Shown: in pieces, positions 20,401-29,659 of the stretch
How the letters are laid out: each line of letters begins with the position of its first letter
Position numbering within the stretch: the first letter of the stretch is position 1
From: a bacterium
Lineage (GTDB): Bacteria > UBP15 > UBA6099 > JAJRTR01
DNA: 55,970 nt
Reading direction: 5' to 3'
Assembly: GCA_024278215.1 (NCBI GenBank)
Contig: JAJRTR010000073.1
Span: 1-55,970 of the forward strand
The notes under the pieces: model-generated
Told to the model about the DNA's origin: nothing
The model's input: only the letters and a program-made list of their open reading frames with translations
The model's database searches: none
Position numbers and translations under genes: made by a program

Positions 20401-23400
20401 ATGATGTCGATTTCGCCGATACAGGCGATTCGCTGCTCGACAATGTCCAATATACTATATGGTCCGCCGCTTCGATGGCGGGTACGGAACTCGTTTCGTG
20501 GACTGATATCGCCGATAACATTGATTCCATTTCATACACGACCGACTGGGAGATAGACTTCGAATCCGCCACCTCCGGAGTGAATTACGTTTCAGTGCGC
20601 GCTTTCGATAATTTCGGGAATGTTTCAGATGTCGCGACGGACGTTTTTTATGTGAAAAAGGAGACATCGCCGCCCACAGTAACGGACAACCAGGGCGGCG
20701 ACGCCATCTGGCGGAACGCGGCGGGCACAACTTATGATGTCGATTTCGCCGACACGGGCGGTTCGCAACTTGCCGATGTCCAATATACTATATACGATGG
20801 GGCGGGGCAGGGCGGCTCTATGATACTTGGCTGGTCCGGCATCGCGACCGGCGTCGACGCCGATTCTTATACGACAGACTGGCAGATAGATTTCAACGCG
20901 GCCGCCACGGGTACTAATTACGTATCCGTCCGCGCGACCGACAATGCAGGTAATATTTCCGCCGTAGCCACGGACGTGTTTTATGTAAAAAAAGATACGG
21001 CGCTCCCGACAATAGATGATCAAGTGAGCGGCGACGACAACTGGTATGCCGCCGATCCGGGTGCGATTTATAATGTCGATTTCAATGACTCGGGCGGCTC
21101 GATGTTATCCGCCGCTTCTTATACCGTATATACGGGTACAGGCATGTCCGGTTCGCAAGTCATCTCCTGGGCAACTATCGCAGCCGGCATCGGCTCCGAC
21201 TCATATACAGATAACTGGGGTATAGATTTTGCTTCGTTGCCGTTCGGCATCTCCTATATTTCCGTCAGGGCAGCAGATAACGCTCAGAACAGTTCGGGCG
21301 TCGTTCAGGATGTGTTTTACGTGCGGAAGACGCAGATCGCAATGTCGCTCTCATCATATCCCTCCGGAAGCAACAACACGACAGATATAAAAGCGGGCGA
21401 CCTGGACGGCGACGGTGATCTCGATATCATCGAAGGAAACACCGCCCAGACTAATATGGTATGGCTCGGAGACGGAACCGGTGGCTTCACACAGTTGGTT
21501 TCAGTCATGGGGTCTTACTACACGCAATCTGTTTTTATCGCCGACCTCGACAACGACGGCGACCTCGATGTCGTCTGTGGAAACGCATCAGCGGGCGATG
21601 TGAAAAACCGGGTATGGTTCAATGACGGCGTCGCGAATTTTACCGATGCGGGCCTGAACGACAGCCTGGGTTCGAGCGATACTATGTCCGTATTCGCGGC
21701 GGACCTGGACCGTGACGGCGATATGGATTTCATCGCGGGCAATTATGCGCAGGCCGATAAAGTATGGATAAATGACGGTGCAGGCGCGTTCGCTGATTCC
21801 GGGCAATCACTCGGTTCGTATAATACAAATTCAATATTCGGTATTGATGTCGACGGCGACGGCGATATGGATTTTATCGAGGGCAATAATGGAGCGGACA
21901 GAATCCTGCTCAACGACGGTGCCGCCTCGTTTACAGACTCCGGCCAGAGCCTGGGACTTGCTGATACGAAACATATATATTCCACAGACATCGATGCCGA
22001 CGGTGATGCCGACATAATCGCGGCCAATTACGGTGACGATAAAATATGGTTGAATGACGGCGGCGGTATGTTCACGGATTCCGGGCAGTCGCTTTCGTCG
22101 GGTCTGACGGATTCATTCGCGGCGGGCGACCTGGACGGCGACGGCGATTCTGATTTCATCACCGGTCGCGACGGTACGGATTACATCTGGATAAACGACG
22201 GTTCCGGTACGTTCTCCGCGAATGCGCAGACATTTCTATCAATACCTTCTGACGCTGTCGAAGCTCTGGATATGGACGGTGATGGAGACCTGGATATATA
22301 CGTCGGGCGTTATCAATCGAACAATCGTGTTTATATTAACAATAACAACCATGCCAACGCTGCGCCGATCGCGCCTGCGCTTGTTGGCGAACCGACGCAG
22401 GAATTGTCTTCCGACGACGCTGTCGATGTGACACTCGAATGGACCGGCGGAAGCGATGCCGAGACAGGCGACACCGACCTTCTGACTTATGACGTGCGTG
22501 TCGGTACAACAGGCGGCGGCTGCGAAGTTTTCTGCGGCTGGTTTCCGAAAACGGCGGCATGGCTCGGGCATCGGCCCGGCAACGCGGGCGCGACACACGG
22601 TATTTCGTTGTCGCTTCCGCTCGGCAGCTATTACTGGTCGGTGCGCACGGTGGACACAACATTTAAGGCGAGTTCGTGGGCTGCTGAAGATACGTTCACT
22701 CTTTTTCGCCCAGTATTTGTCGATTCCGGCCAGGAACTCGGGAGCGGAGATACGAACGAATTGTGTGTCGCGGATTTCACAGGCAACGGCCACATGGATT
22801 TTGTCGCGGTCGACGATTCCTCAAATGACCTGTTGTGGGTTAATTTCGAGAATGGAACTTTCAGCGACTCCGGCCAGGGCATGAACGCTGCTTATTCCGT
22901 CGACGTATCATGCGCCGACATCGACGGCGATTCCGATATAGACTACATAGTTGCGTTATCGGGAAATTCAAATATTGTTTGGAAGAACAACGGCACAGGA
23001 ACATTTTCTCAGTCCACATCTTTTGATTCGTCCGACACTGAAGGTGTTGTCTTTGCGGATGTCGATAATGACGGCGATGTCGATGTGATAGATGGGAACA
23101 GCGGTACGGGAAACACTGTGTTCCTGAATGACGGAAGCGGTTCTTTTTCGGATTCCGGACAGTCGCTCGGTGTCAGTAACACTACAGATGTTTTTATAGC
23201 CGATCTGGACTCCGATGGCGACAAAGACATTTATGAATCGAATGATGGAGCGGGCAACGTCGTATGGATGAACGATGGAACAGGCGTTTTCTCCGACTCG
23301 GGCCAGTCTCTAGGGACAGATACGACGACGAAGTCTTTTGGAGCGGATGTCGACGGCGATGGTGATATCGACATGATTGAAGGCAATACGCCGGGAGCGC

Positions 23401-25865
23401 CCAACAGAGTAAGGATCAACGACGGTGCGGGTGTTTTCTCCGGCACAGGCGGAGAATACGGCGGCAGCGACACAACAGCTGTTTATCCCGGCGATATCGA
23501 TGTGGACGGCGACTATGATTTCATCGCGGGCAACACGGCGCAGGGAAACGTCGTGTGGTTCAACAGCGCGGGCGTGTTTTCGGATGCCGGTAATTCGCTC
23601 GGCAGCAGCCTGACAAATACTGTTGTACTTGTCGACGTGGACGGCGACGGGGGCCTTGACTATATCGAAGGCAACGGATCCGGCCCCGATAGAATATGGT
23701 TCAATAACCTCGACACGCCGAACACGAATCCTTCGCCGCCCGCTCCGACTGCTCAGCCGGATTACGAAACGGCTTCCATGACGGTTTCCGTAACGCTCGA
23801 GTGGCCGGACGGAACCGACGCCGAAACTGCGGCCGCCGGACTATTGACTTATGAGGTGCGAGTCGGCACGAGCAGCGGAGCCTGCGACATATTATGCGCC
23901 GCGAAAGAGCGTAACCTGACAGCCGGACCCGGCAGCGGGCCGGGAGTGTTCGGACCTATGAACACGCTCGACCTCGATCTCGCATCCGGCACTTATTACT
24001 GGTCGCTGCGTACGGTCGATCCTACATATTACAGGAGCGCGTGGAGCGCCGAGGATTCGTTCTCTATTACTGTCGACAGCACTGCTCCTTCGACGATAAC
24101 GACCGTCAACGACGGCCTCGGCGACGACATCGACTTTTCTACCGATACTGCCTCCTTTTCCGCAAACTGGAGTGAAGCCGCAGACGGTGAGACTTCCATC
24201 GCGCGCTACTGGTACAGCATCGGCACAAGCGCGGGCGCGTCCGATACCGTAGGCTGGACGGATAACGGAACAGCAACATCGGTAACTGTTACGGGACTAA
24301 GTCTCACAGGTGGCCTGACATATTATATATCCGTGAAGGCCGAGAACGGCGCGGGGCTCATAGGCAATCCCGCCGTCTCCGACGGGCTTCTTGTGGACGG
24401 GACATTACCGTCGGCGGTTGCCTTCGTTTACGACGGCGCGGTTGACGGTGCCGACATTGATTTCTCTTCATCCTCATCCCGGCTTTCCGCAAACTGGGCG
24501 ACTTCATCCGATGATGAAACAAGCATCGCCGGTTACTGGTACAGCATCGGCACAAACGCGGGCGCCTCCGATACTGTGCCATGGACCGACAACGCCGCTT
24601 CCACTTCTGTCACCCTTTCTTCTCTTTCTCTCGCAAATGGACAAACTTATTTTTTCTCTGTGAAAGCCGAAAACGGCGCGGGCGCTTTCGGCAGCGTTGA
24701 AACTTCCGACGGGGCGACTGTAGACTGGACTGCGCCCGATGCTGTTCTGGTCGTTTACGACGGCACGGGTGCCGACATCGATTATTCAACCGACACAACA
24801 CAACTATCCGCAAACTGGAGCGCCGCGTCCGATCCCGAATCGGGCATCCTTTCCTACACATACTCGATAGGAACGACGGTGGGCGCGTGCGACGTTGTTT
24901 CCTGGACGGACAACGCTTCAGGCACATCCGTGACCCACACCGGGTTGTCTCTCGCGGACGGACAGGTTTACTTCTTCAGTGTCAGGGCGTTGAACTATGC
25001 CGGACTTTATTCCTCGAAGGTGTTTTCAGACGGTGTGACCATAAATATTTCAGGTCCGGGCGAAGTTGCAGACCTTATGGCCGATCCGGCAATATCCGAG
25101 ATACTTCTGAGTTGGACGAATCCCGCGGACACAGACTTTGCGGGCACAATAATAATGAGAAGTCAGGTTTCTTACCCTTCGAACGCTTCGGAAGGCACTC
25201 GAATATGCGACGAAGCAACAAACGAATTCTGCACCGATGAGACGAGTCTCGCACAGGGACTCACATATTATTATTCAGCTTTTGCTTATGATATTGCAGG
25301 CAATTATTCGACAGCCGCAGGCGAGGGTGCGCGTGCCACGGCTTCTCTTATTACACCCGGCCTGACAATATATTCCGGCTGGAACGCCGCAGGCATTTCG
25401 CTCGATCAGGTTTATATCGACCTCGCCGCGGTTTTCCCATCCGGCGATTATACGATTATCCGCTGCGACGGCCCGGTGACGAATTACGATGGATACATAA
25501 ATGCCACGGGCACCATACAACTCGATTACGCGGGCGGCTACTGGATATTCTCAGGTGAAGATATAGGTGTTGTCGATTACACAGGCGGAAACGCGCAGAC
25601 GGAAAACTACTACCAGATTTCACTTGCCGCCGGTTGGAATATGTTCTCGCTTCCTTATAACAGTGAGATCGAATGGAACGACACGAACGCCGCCCTCGAA
25701 TGCGGCGGCACAGGCACGTCGCTTCCCACTGTTTACTACTACGACAACAGTACAGGAGAATACACGGAAATCGAAGGTGGAGCCGGGAAGTCACTCATGC
25801 CGTGGAGAGGCTACTGGGTCGAAGTGAATGAGTCATGTACATTGACAATTAATAAACCGCAATAG
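17493..25865 (+). CDS. Giant secreted FG-GAP/VCBS-repeat protein with FN3-like domains (adhesin/surface protein)
   Basis: Signal peptide; 28 DxDxDGDxD-type motifs in four blocks of 7; FN3-like modules; C-terminal GWN...GYW domain; TGCTATAAT upstream. Confidence 0.88.
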   Translation: MISYCRYLYTTIIILTLVIVLPARLYAFTDSGQSIGSGNVLSAAVGDIDGDGDPDLITGLNTLGDKLFLNSGGTLTDSGQALDPGDTSGIFIFDVDGDGDLDYVAGNLNGNGGLWLNDGTGTFSDSGLSVGNSTYSFYAVDLDMDGDYDLLEGTDNGVSNKAWLNNGGGVFTDSGRSFDTSTYAAVAGSDLDGDGDTDFVAAVLGSLPNKVWKNNGTGIFTDSGQTLGACDSSSVAIYDFDADGDADVFFGNVGASNTVWLNDGSGVLTDSGQATGASDTYSVAGADMDGDGDYDVISGNANPISGMPNTFWINNGSGVFTDSGEEIGDNDSFAIALSDFDADGDIDIFDGNLSASSALFINDNNHANTTPTAPPLTAEPDIVILEATAAITLEWGAGSDAEAADTDLLTYDLRVGTSAGACDVYCGTFPTVGVSPYHSVLPGNAGAALSHIVALATGTYYWSVRTVDTTYKASAWSVDDSFIVRPIYTDSGQSFDGANTFAVHPLDADGDGDVDFIETIYLDDDVLWKNDGAGTFTKVTQVWNDMNELDGCTADIDGDGDIDFISANNAAQSNRVWKNDGSGTFTDTGQALGSGRTYDCVTVDVDSDGDYDLVAANENGDPNKLYKNNGTGVFSDTLQSMGAEYTMEVVAGDFDDDGDEDVVFANRYAPSQLWLNDGTGALTDSGQAIGSDEARSVFAADTDADGDADILIGYDNATDRIFINDGSATFSDSGQSLVSPKTRSVHVIDVDIDGDLDIIAGNYNAGDKVWYNDGSGNFNDSFMSLGTGETQSIFAVDVDGDGDTDIIEGNSSGEGCAVWENILDPSNTAPSAPSITTKADTIIPGTATVTFEWSDGSDPETADADLLTYDIRIGTSSGGCEAFCGSLPWSGAVPWRNTGPGAMGATGSFSIIMSTGTYYWSMRTVDPASLAGAWGTEDSFVLIQDDAAAPTVIDNQDGDDTWRNAAGTTYDVDFADTGDSLLDNVQYTIWSAASMAGTELVSWTDIADNIDSISYTTDWEIDFESATSGVNYVSVRAFDNFGNVSDVATDVFYVKKETSPPTVTDNQGGDAIWRNAAGTTYDVDFADTGGSQLADVQYTIYDGAGQGGSMILGWSGIATGVDADSYTTDWQIDFNAAATGTNYVSVRATDNAGNISAVATDVFYVKKDTALPTIDDQVSGDDNWYAADPGAIYNVDFNDSGGSMLSAASYTVYTGTGMSGSQVISWATIAAGIGSDSYTDNWGIDFASLPFGISYISVRAADNAQNSSGVVQDVFYVRKTQIAMSLSSYPSGSNNTTDIKAGDLDGDGDLDIIEGNTAQTNMVWLGDGTGGFTQLVSVMGSYYTQSVFIADLDNDGDLDVVCGNASAGDVKNRVWFNDGVANFTDAGLNDSLGSSDTMSVFAADLDRDGDMDFIAGNYAQADKVWINDGAGAFADSGQSLGSYNTNSIFGIDVDGDGDMDFIEGNNGADRILLNDGAASFTDSGQSLGLADTKHIYSTDIDADGDADIIAANYGDDKIWLNDGGGMFTDSGQSLSSGLTDSFAAGDLDGDGDSDFITGRDGTDYIWINDGSGTFSANAQTFLSIPSDAVEALDMDGDGDLDIYVGRYQSNNRVYINNNNHANAAPIAPALVGEPTQELSSDDAVDVTLEWTGGSDAETGDTDLLTYDVRVGTTGGGCEVFCGWFPKTAAWLGHRPGNAGATHGISLSLPLGSYYWSVRTVDTTFKASSWAAEDTFTLFRPVFVDSGQELGSGDTNELCVADFTGNGHMDFVAVDDSSNDLLWVNFENGTFSDSGQGMNAAYSVDVSCADIDGDSDIDYIVALSGNSNIVWKNNGTGTFSQSTSFDSSDTEGVVFADVDNDGDVDVIDGNSGTGNTVFLNDGSGSFSDSGQSLGVSNTTDVFIADLDSDGDKDIYESNDGAGNVVWMNDGTGVFSDSGQSLGTDTTTKSFGADVDGDGDIDMIEGNTPGAPNRVRINDGAGVFSGTGGEYGGSDTTAVYPGDIDVDGDYDFIAGNTAQGNVVWFNSAGVFSDAGNSLGSSLTNTVVLVDVDGDGGLDYIEGNGSGPDRIWFNNLDTPNTNPSPPAPTAQPDYETASMTVSVTLEWPDGTDAETAAAGLLTYEVRVGTSSGACDILCAAKERNLTAGPGSGPGVFGPMNTLDLDLASGTYYWSLRTVDPTYYRSAWSAEDSFSITVDSTAPSTITTVNDGLGDDIDFSTDTASFSANWSEAADGETSIARYWYSIGTSAGASDTVGWTDNGTATSVTVTGLSLTGGLTYYISVKAENGAGLIGNPAVSDGLLVDGTLPSAVAFVYDGAVDGADIDFSSSSSRLSANWATSSDDETSIAGYWYSIGTNAGASDTVPWTDNAASTSVTLSSLSLANGQTYFFSVKAENGAGAFGSVETSDGATVDWTAPDAVLVVYDGTGADIDYSTDTTQLSANWSAASDPESGILSYTYSIGTTVGACDVVSWTDNASGTSVTHTGLSLADGQVYFFSVRALNYAGLYSSKVFSDGVTINISGPGEVADLMADPAISEILLSWTNPADTDFAGTIIMRSQVSYPSNASEGTRICDEATNEFCTDETSLAQGLTYYYSAFAYDIAGNYSTAAGEGARATASLITPGLTIYSGWNAAGISLDQVYIDLAAVFPSGDYTIIRCDGPVTNYDGYINATGTIQLDYAGGYWIFSGEDIGVVDYTGGNAQTENYYQISLAAGWNMFSLPYNSEIEWNDTNAALECGGTGTSLPTVYYYDNSTGEYTEIEGGAGKSLMPWRGYWVEVNESCTLTINKPQ
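20330..21330 (+). repeat. Three tandem ~111-aa (333-bp) domains inside the giant CDS
   Basis: PT..DNQ.GD..W.....YDVDF...DVFYV(K/R)K three times; units 1 and 2 are near-identical in DNA over long stretches. Confidence 0.85.
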
Positions 25866-25940
25866 GACATTATTTCGACGGAAGCGACAGGATGTTGTTG
25901 ACAAGAACTTAACGGTGAAAGCCGGTGATTTCCAGATGCG

Positions 25941-25969
25941 GCGTTCCCAGGGTGGCCCCTGGAGACGAG
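25941..25969. repeat. REP-like palindrome (GCGTTCCCA-GGTGG type)
   Basis: GCGTTCCCAGGGTGGCCCCTGGAGACGAG; related copies at 48540-48594. Confidence 0.5.
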
Positions 25970-25973
25970 CAAT

Positions 25974-26055
25974 TAACCCGGATTTCTTTGTGAGAAATCC
26001 GGGTTATGGGCGTTCTTCCGATTTTTCACCCGCATCAGGTGCAATATGCGGGTTA
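25974..26055. repeat. Tandem REP-like hairpins, types A and B
   Basis: Perfect TAACCCGGATTTCT-TTGTG-AGAAATCCGGGTTA followed by GGGCGTTCTTCCGATTTTTCACCCGCAT...ATGCGGGTTA. Confidence 0.8.
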
Positions 26056-26088
26056 ACACTATCCAATGCAAAAAGTCAATCATTATAG

Positions 26089-26266
26089 GAGCTAATTGCA
26101 AAATTGTGTTCGTAGCGAGGTCGAGCGAAATTGTTCAGAGCAAGGCGGAGGTGTAAAATCCTCGCAGGCGTACTTCTATAGTACGTCGAGGACGATTTCG
26201 CGCCGACAACGCAACTATGGACAATAGCAGCCGACCGCAGCAGAATCAGAATCTTGCAATCGGCTC
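26089..26266 (+). mobile_element. MITE-like palindromic element, copy 3
   Basis: GAGCTAATTGCAAAATT...AATCTTGCAATCGGCTC; closely similar to the copy at 37142. Confidence 0.88.
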
Positions 26267-26307
26267 ATCCGTCAGCGTAATTACGAATATACGTACTTAT
26301 CGAGTAT

Positions 26308-26622
26308 CTACATCTTGTCACGTCCGGGCCGGCTGTTGAGTTTATTTATCAGGTTCATAATCGCATAAGCATTTATCGCAATATCGTCGATCGGCCCGGG
26401 TATAATATCCGGCATGATAAAATATACAACCGCCAGCAATACCCATATCCAGGCCATTCGCACCTTGCGTGCATATATAGACTTGTCTGTGTCGTTATTA
26501 TTCGGGCCGGAGGAATATGTTTTGTAGTGTCGCCGGTTACCAGTGCCGGGGATCTCTTCGTCGGCATCTAATATCTCGTCCGGTGTCCGGGCTTTCGTTT
26601 CATTATCATCGCCGGTTTTCAT
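26308..26622 (-). CDS. Small membrane protein, DUF1232/YkvA-like
   Basis: LAVVYFIMPDIIPGPIDD motif; GGAG RBS. Confidence 0.65.
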   Translation of the reverse strand: MKTGDDNETKARTPDEILDADEEIPGTGNRRHYKTYSSGPNNNDTDKSIYARKVRMAWIWVLLAVVYFIMPDIIPGPIDDIAINAYAIMNLINKLNSRPGRDKM

Positions 26623-26718
26623 CTATGCTCCATCAGTTATGTAAAAACAAAGAAGGGAACTTACCGCTCTTGTTATATTATAAGTAGAATAAACACAAAA
26701 GGTTCGCAGTGAAAAAAA

Positions 26719-29172
26719 TCACTTCTTTTCAATGACAATCTTTCCGTCGTCGAGTTTTGCAACAGCAGTGTCGCCTTCGCCGATCCTGCCTTCGATAAGC
26801 TGCATGCTTAAAGGATTCTCGATCATGTTCTCAATAGTGCGTTTCAGCGGTCTTGCCCCGAACAAAGGGCTGTAACCGAGTTCGGCGAGTTTGTCCTTCA
26901 CTTCGTCTCCGACCTCGATGAATACTTTTTTCTCAGCAAGTCTCATATTCAAATCGTGCAGAGTAAGATCGACTATTTTTCTTATGTTATCCTGCGATAA
27001 CTGATGAAAAACAATCAGATCGTCAATACGGTTCAGAAACTCGGGTTTAAAAACTTTTTTTACTTCGTTCATTACGAGTTCAGTGATGTCGTCATGGTCG
27101 TAGACGCTGCCGCCCTGTCGGAACCCGACAGTTTTCTTTTCGCGCGTTATCAGGTCGCTTCCGATGTTGCTGGTGCCGATAATGATTGTGTTGTTAAAAC
27201 TCACAGTGCGGCCCTGTCCGTCTGTGAGGCGGCCTTCGTCGAGTATCTGGAGGAATACGTTATAGACATCCTGGTGAGCTTTTTCGACCTCGTCGAGCAG
27301 GATCACCGAGTAAGGATTTCGCCTGACACGGTCAGTGAGCTGCCCTCCCTCGTCGTAGCCGACATACCCCGGAGGCGCGCCGATCAGTCTCGAAGTCGTG
27401 TGCGATTCCTGAAACTCGCTCATGTCGACACGTATGATCTTGTTTTCGTCATCGAAAAGAAACTCGGCGAGCGCTTTTGCGAGTTCAGTTTTTCCAACGC
27501 CGGTGGGGCCGAGAAAAATGAAACTGCCGATGGGTCTGTTCGCCGGCTTGAGCCCGGCCCGGTTGCGCCTTATGGCATTGCTGACTGCTGTAACAGCATT
27601 GTTTTGTCCGACCAGTCTTAAATGGATGTTTTCTTCCATCTTCATCAGCTTATGTGCTTCGGACTCGAGCATCCTGTTGACTTTTATGCCTGTCCACTGC
27701 GCCACAACTTCGGCCACATCATCGGGGTGCACGACCCTGTCCTGCGAATTAGTCCGACCGGCCCATTCCTTTTTCTTATCAGAAAGTTCTTTCTCTATTT
27801 CAATAAGTTGCTGGTGAAGAGCAGCGGCGGTCGGGTAGTCCTCTATCCTGAAGGCTTCTTCTTTTTTCTCTTCTATGTTGCGCCGTTTCTGCTCGAGTTC
27901 ACGTATATCGGGCGGTGCGTAGATACTGTTGAGATATTTATTCGCGCCTGCCTCGTCTATCAAGTCGATAGCTTTATCCGGGAGAAACCTGTCCGGGATA
28001 TAACGTTCGGAAATCTTCGCGGCAGTCACGAGCGCTTCATCCTCGAACACGACACTGTGGTGATCCTCGTAATGTTTCTTGAGCCCCCTGAGTATCTCTA
28101 TGGTCTCCTCGACGGTCGGTTCGGAAACAGTAATCGGCTGAAAACGCCTCTCGAGCGCCTTGTCCTTTTCGATATGTTTCTTATACTCATCGGTAGTCGT
28201 AGCGCCGATGCACTGCATCAGTCCGCGCGCAAGAGCCGGTTTCAGCATATTCGACGCGTCCATACCACCCCCACCGCTGCCCGCTCCGATCATTGTATGC
28301 AGCTCGTCGATGAATATAATCACTTCACCGGCACTCTTTTCGATTTCCTCTCTCAGAAGTTTCAAGCGTTCCTCGAATTCGCCCCTGAATTTTGCGCCGG
28401 CCAGAACATCCGTGATATTCAGACTTAGCAGCCGCCTGTTTATCAGCACATCCGGTACTTCCGCATCAGCGATCATTTGCGCAAGACCTTCTGCAATAAC
28501 TGTTTTCCCCACACCCGGCTCGCCTATAAGCACAGGATTGTTCTTTTTTCGACGCACCAGTATCTGTATGACACGCTTGATTTCTTTCTCACGTCCGATC
28601 ACAGGATCGAGCGCGCCGCGCCGGGCCATCTCCGTAAGGTCCGTTGTATATTCCTTAAGCACATCGACACGTGTTTCAGCATCGCGGCTCTTGATCGTCT
28701 GTCCACTGCGCACATTCAGCAGCGCTTTCCGGCACTCTTCCTGATTGAGTCCGGCAGATGTGAGGATTTTCGCGATCTCGCCTGAACGCACATCAAACAT
28801 CGCAAGAAAAAGTGTTCCGGTGCTAAGATATTTGTCCCCGAGATCAAGAGCAATCCTGTTTGCAGACTCGAACACCTGCTCCATCTCAGGCGACAACTCG
28901 ATATTAAGCGCTTCGCCCTGTGGGGGGGCTTTCTCCGGCTCCAGTTCCTGTATCAGAGCGAGAATCTGTCCGAAAACCGTATCGCGAACCAGTTCCGCGT
29001 CCTTGTCCTGATCCCTGATCAGCTTCATCACAATCGAATCTTCCTGAATAAAAAGAGAAACCGCAAGGAACGCAGGTGTCAGATGTGTCTGCTTTCTGTT
29101 GACCATCTCCTGCATAGCCATCTGCAGAGCCTGCATGGCTTTCTGTGTGCACTTATTGAAATACTGTTGCAT
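26719..29172 (-). CDS. clpC: ATP-dependent Clp protease ATP-binding subunit (ClpC type)
   Basis: Clp N-domain, GEPGVGKT, FIDELH, short UVR-like middle coil, GPTGVGKT, GAPPGYVGY, VGF loop, FGARPL. Confidence 0.9.
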   Translation of the reverse strand: MQQYFNKCTQKAMQALQMAMQEMVNRKQTHLTPAFLAVSLFIQEDSIVMKLIRDQDKDAELVRDTVFGQILALIQELEPEKAPPQGEALNIELSPEMEQVFESANRIALDLGDKYLSTGTLFLAMFDVRSGEIAKILTSAGLNQEECRKALLNVRSGQTIKSRDAETRVDVLKEYTTDLTEMARRGALDPVIGREKEIKRVIQILVRRKKNNPVLIGEPGVGKTVIAEGLAQMIADAEVPDVLINRRLLSLNITDVLAGAKFRGEFEERLKLLREEIEKSAGEVIIFIDELHTMIGAGSGGGGMDASNMLKPALARGLMQCIGATTTDEYKKHIEKDKALERRFQPITVSEPTVEETIEILRGLKKHYEDHHSVVFEDEALVTAAKISERYIPDRFLPDKAIDLIDEAGANKYLNSIYAPPDIRELEQKRRNIEEKKEEAFRIEDYPTAAALHQQLIEIEKELSDKKKEWAGRTNSQDRVVHPDDVAEVVAQWTGIKVNRMLESEAHKLMKMEENIHLRLVGQNNAVTAVSNAIRRNRAGLKPANRPIGSFIFLGPTGVGKTELAKALAEFLFDDENKIIRVDMSEFQESHTTSRLIGAPPGYVGYDEGGQLTDRVRRNPYSVILLDEVEKAHQDVYNVFLQILDEGRLTDGQGRTVSFNNTIIIGTSNIGSDLITREKKTVGFRQGGSVYDHDDITELVMNEVKKVFKPEFLNRIDDLIVFHQLSQDNIRKIVDLTLHDLNMRLAEKKVFIEVGDEVKDKLAELGYSPLFGARPLKRTIENMIENPLSMQLIEGRIGEGDTAVAKLDDGKIVIEKK

Positions 29173-29200
29173 CGCCTGATAACCTCCCGGTGGTTAATTT

Positions 29201-29360
29201 GTGGCTGAACGAAAGCCAGCTCCTGCCGGAATATGCGTAAATTGCCCGCTATCTTCGTTATCCTCAGTCAACAATGCGCTGCGTTGCTTCCCTCGTCCGC
29301 CTCGCTATCGAACACTTTTCACACATTCCGGCTTTACGGAGCCGTTTTTCGCTCAACCAC
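29201..29360 (-). mobile_element. 160-bp palindromic MITE-like element, related but distinct subfamily
   Basis: Ends GTGGCTGAACGAAA/TTTCGCTCAACCAC and inner arms GCCGGAATATGCGTAAA/TTTCACACATTCCGGC; lies 28 bp upstream of the clpC ATG. Confidence 0.65.
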
Positions 29361-29590
29361 TTTTCAAGATGTATTTCGAAGATGCCGGTCATTTTATTGC
29401 CATATTTCGTGTTTGTTCGTTTATTACTGCTTTCCTTGCATTTGAATTGCCGATCTTCGTTTGCACTTTTGCGTGAATCCTTCCTTTATTGACAGGGCTT
29501 TCAGGGTTTTCGTTCAGCTACCAATTTATCTATGAATTCTACCATCACTTACACAATAACATAACATACGGCTTCATAGTTCCATATATT

Positions 29591-29619
29591 TTACCCGCAC
29601 CGGTGAAATATGCGGGCAA
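29591..29619. repeat. REP-like hairpin family, type B
   Basis: TTACCCGCACCGGTGAAATATGCGGGCAA. Confidence 0.65.
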
Positions 29620-29659
29620 GGGCCTGCACAAAAACAAGTCGGTATTTGTGCAGAGCGGA

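Noticed and set aside
17493-25865. CRISPR-like or DGR-like periodic repeats (GACGGCGACGGCGA etc.)
   Set aside because: They are degenerate coding repeats of FG-GAP blades; no identical repeats with spacers, cas genes or reverse transcriptase
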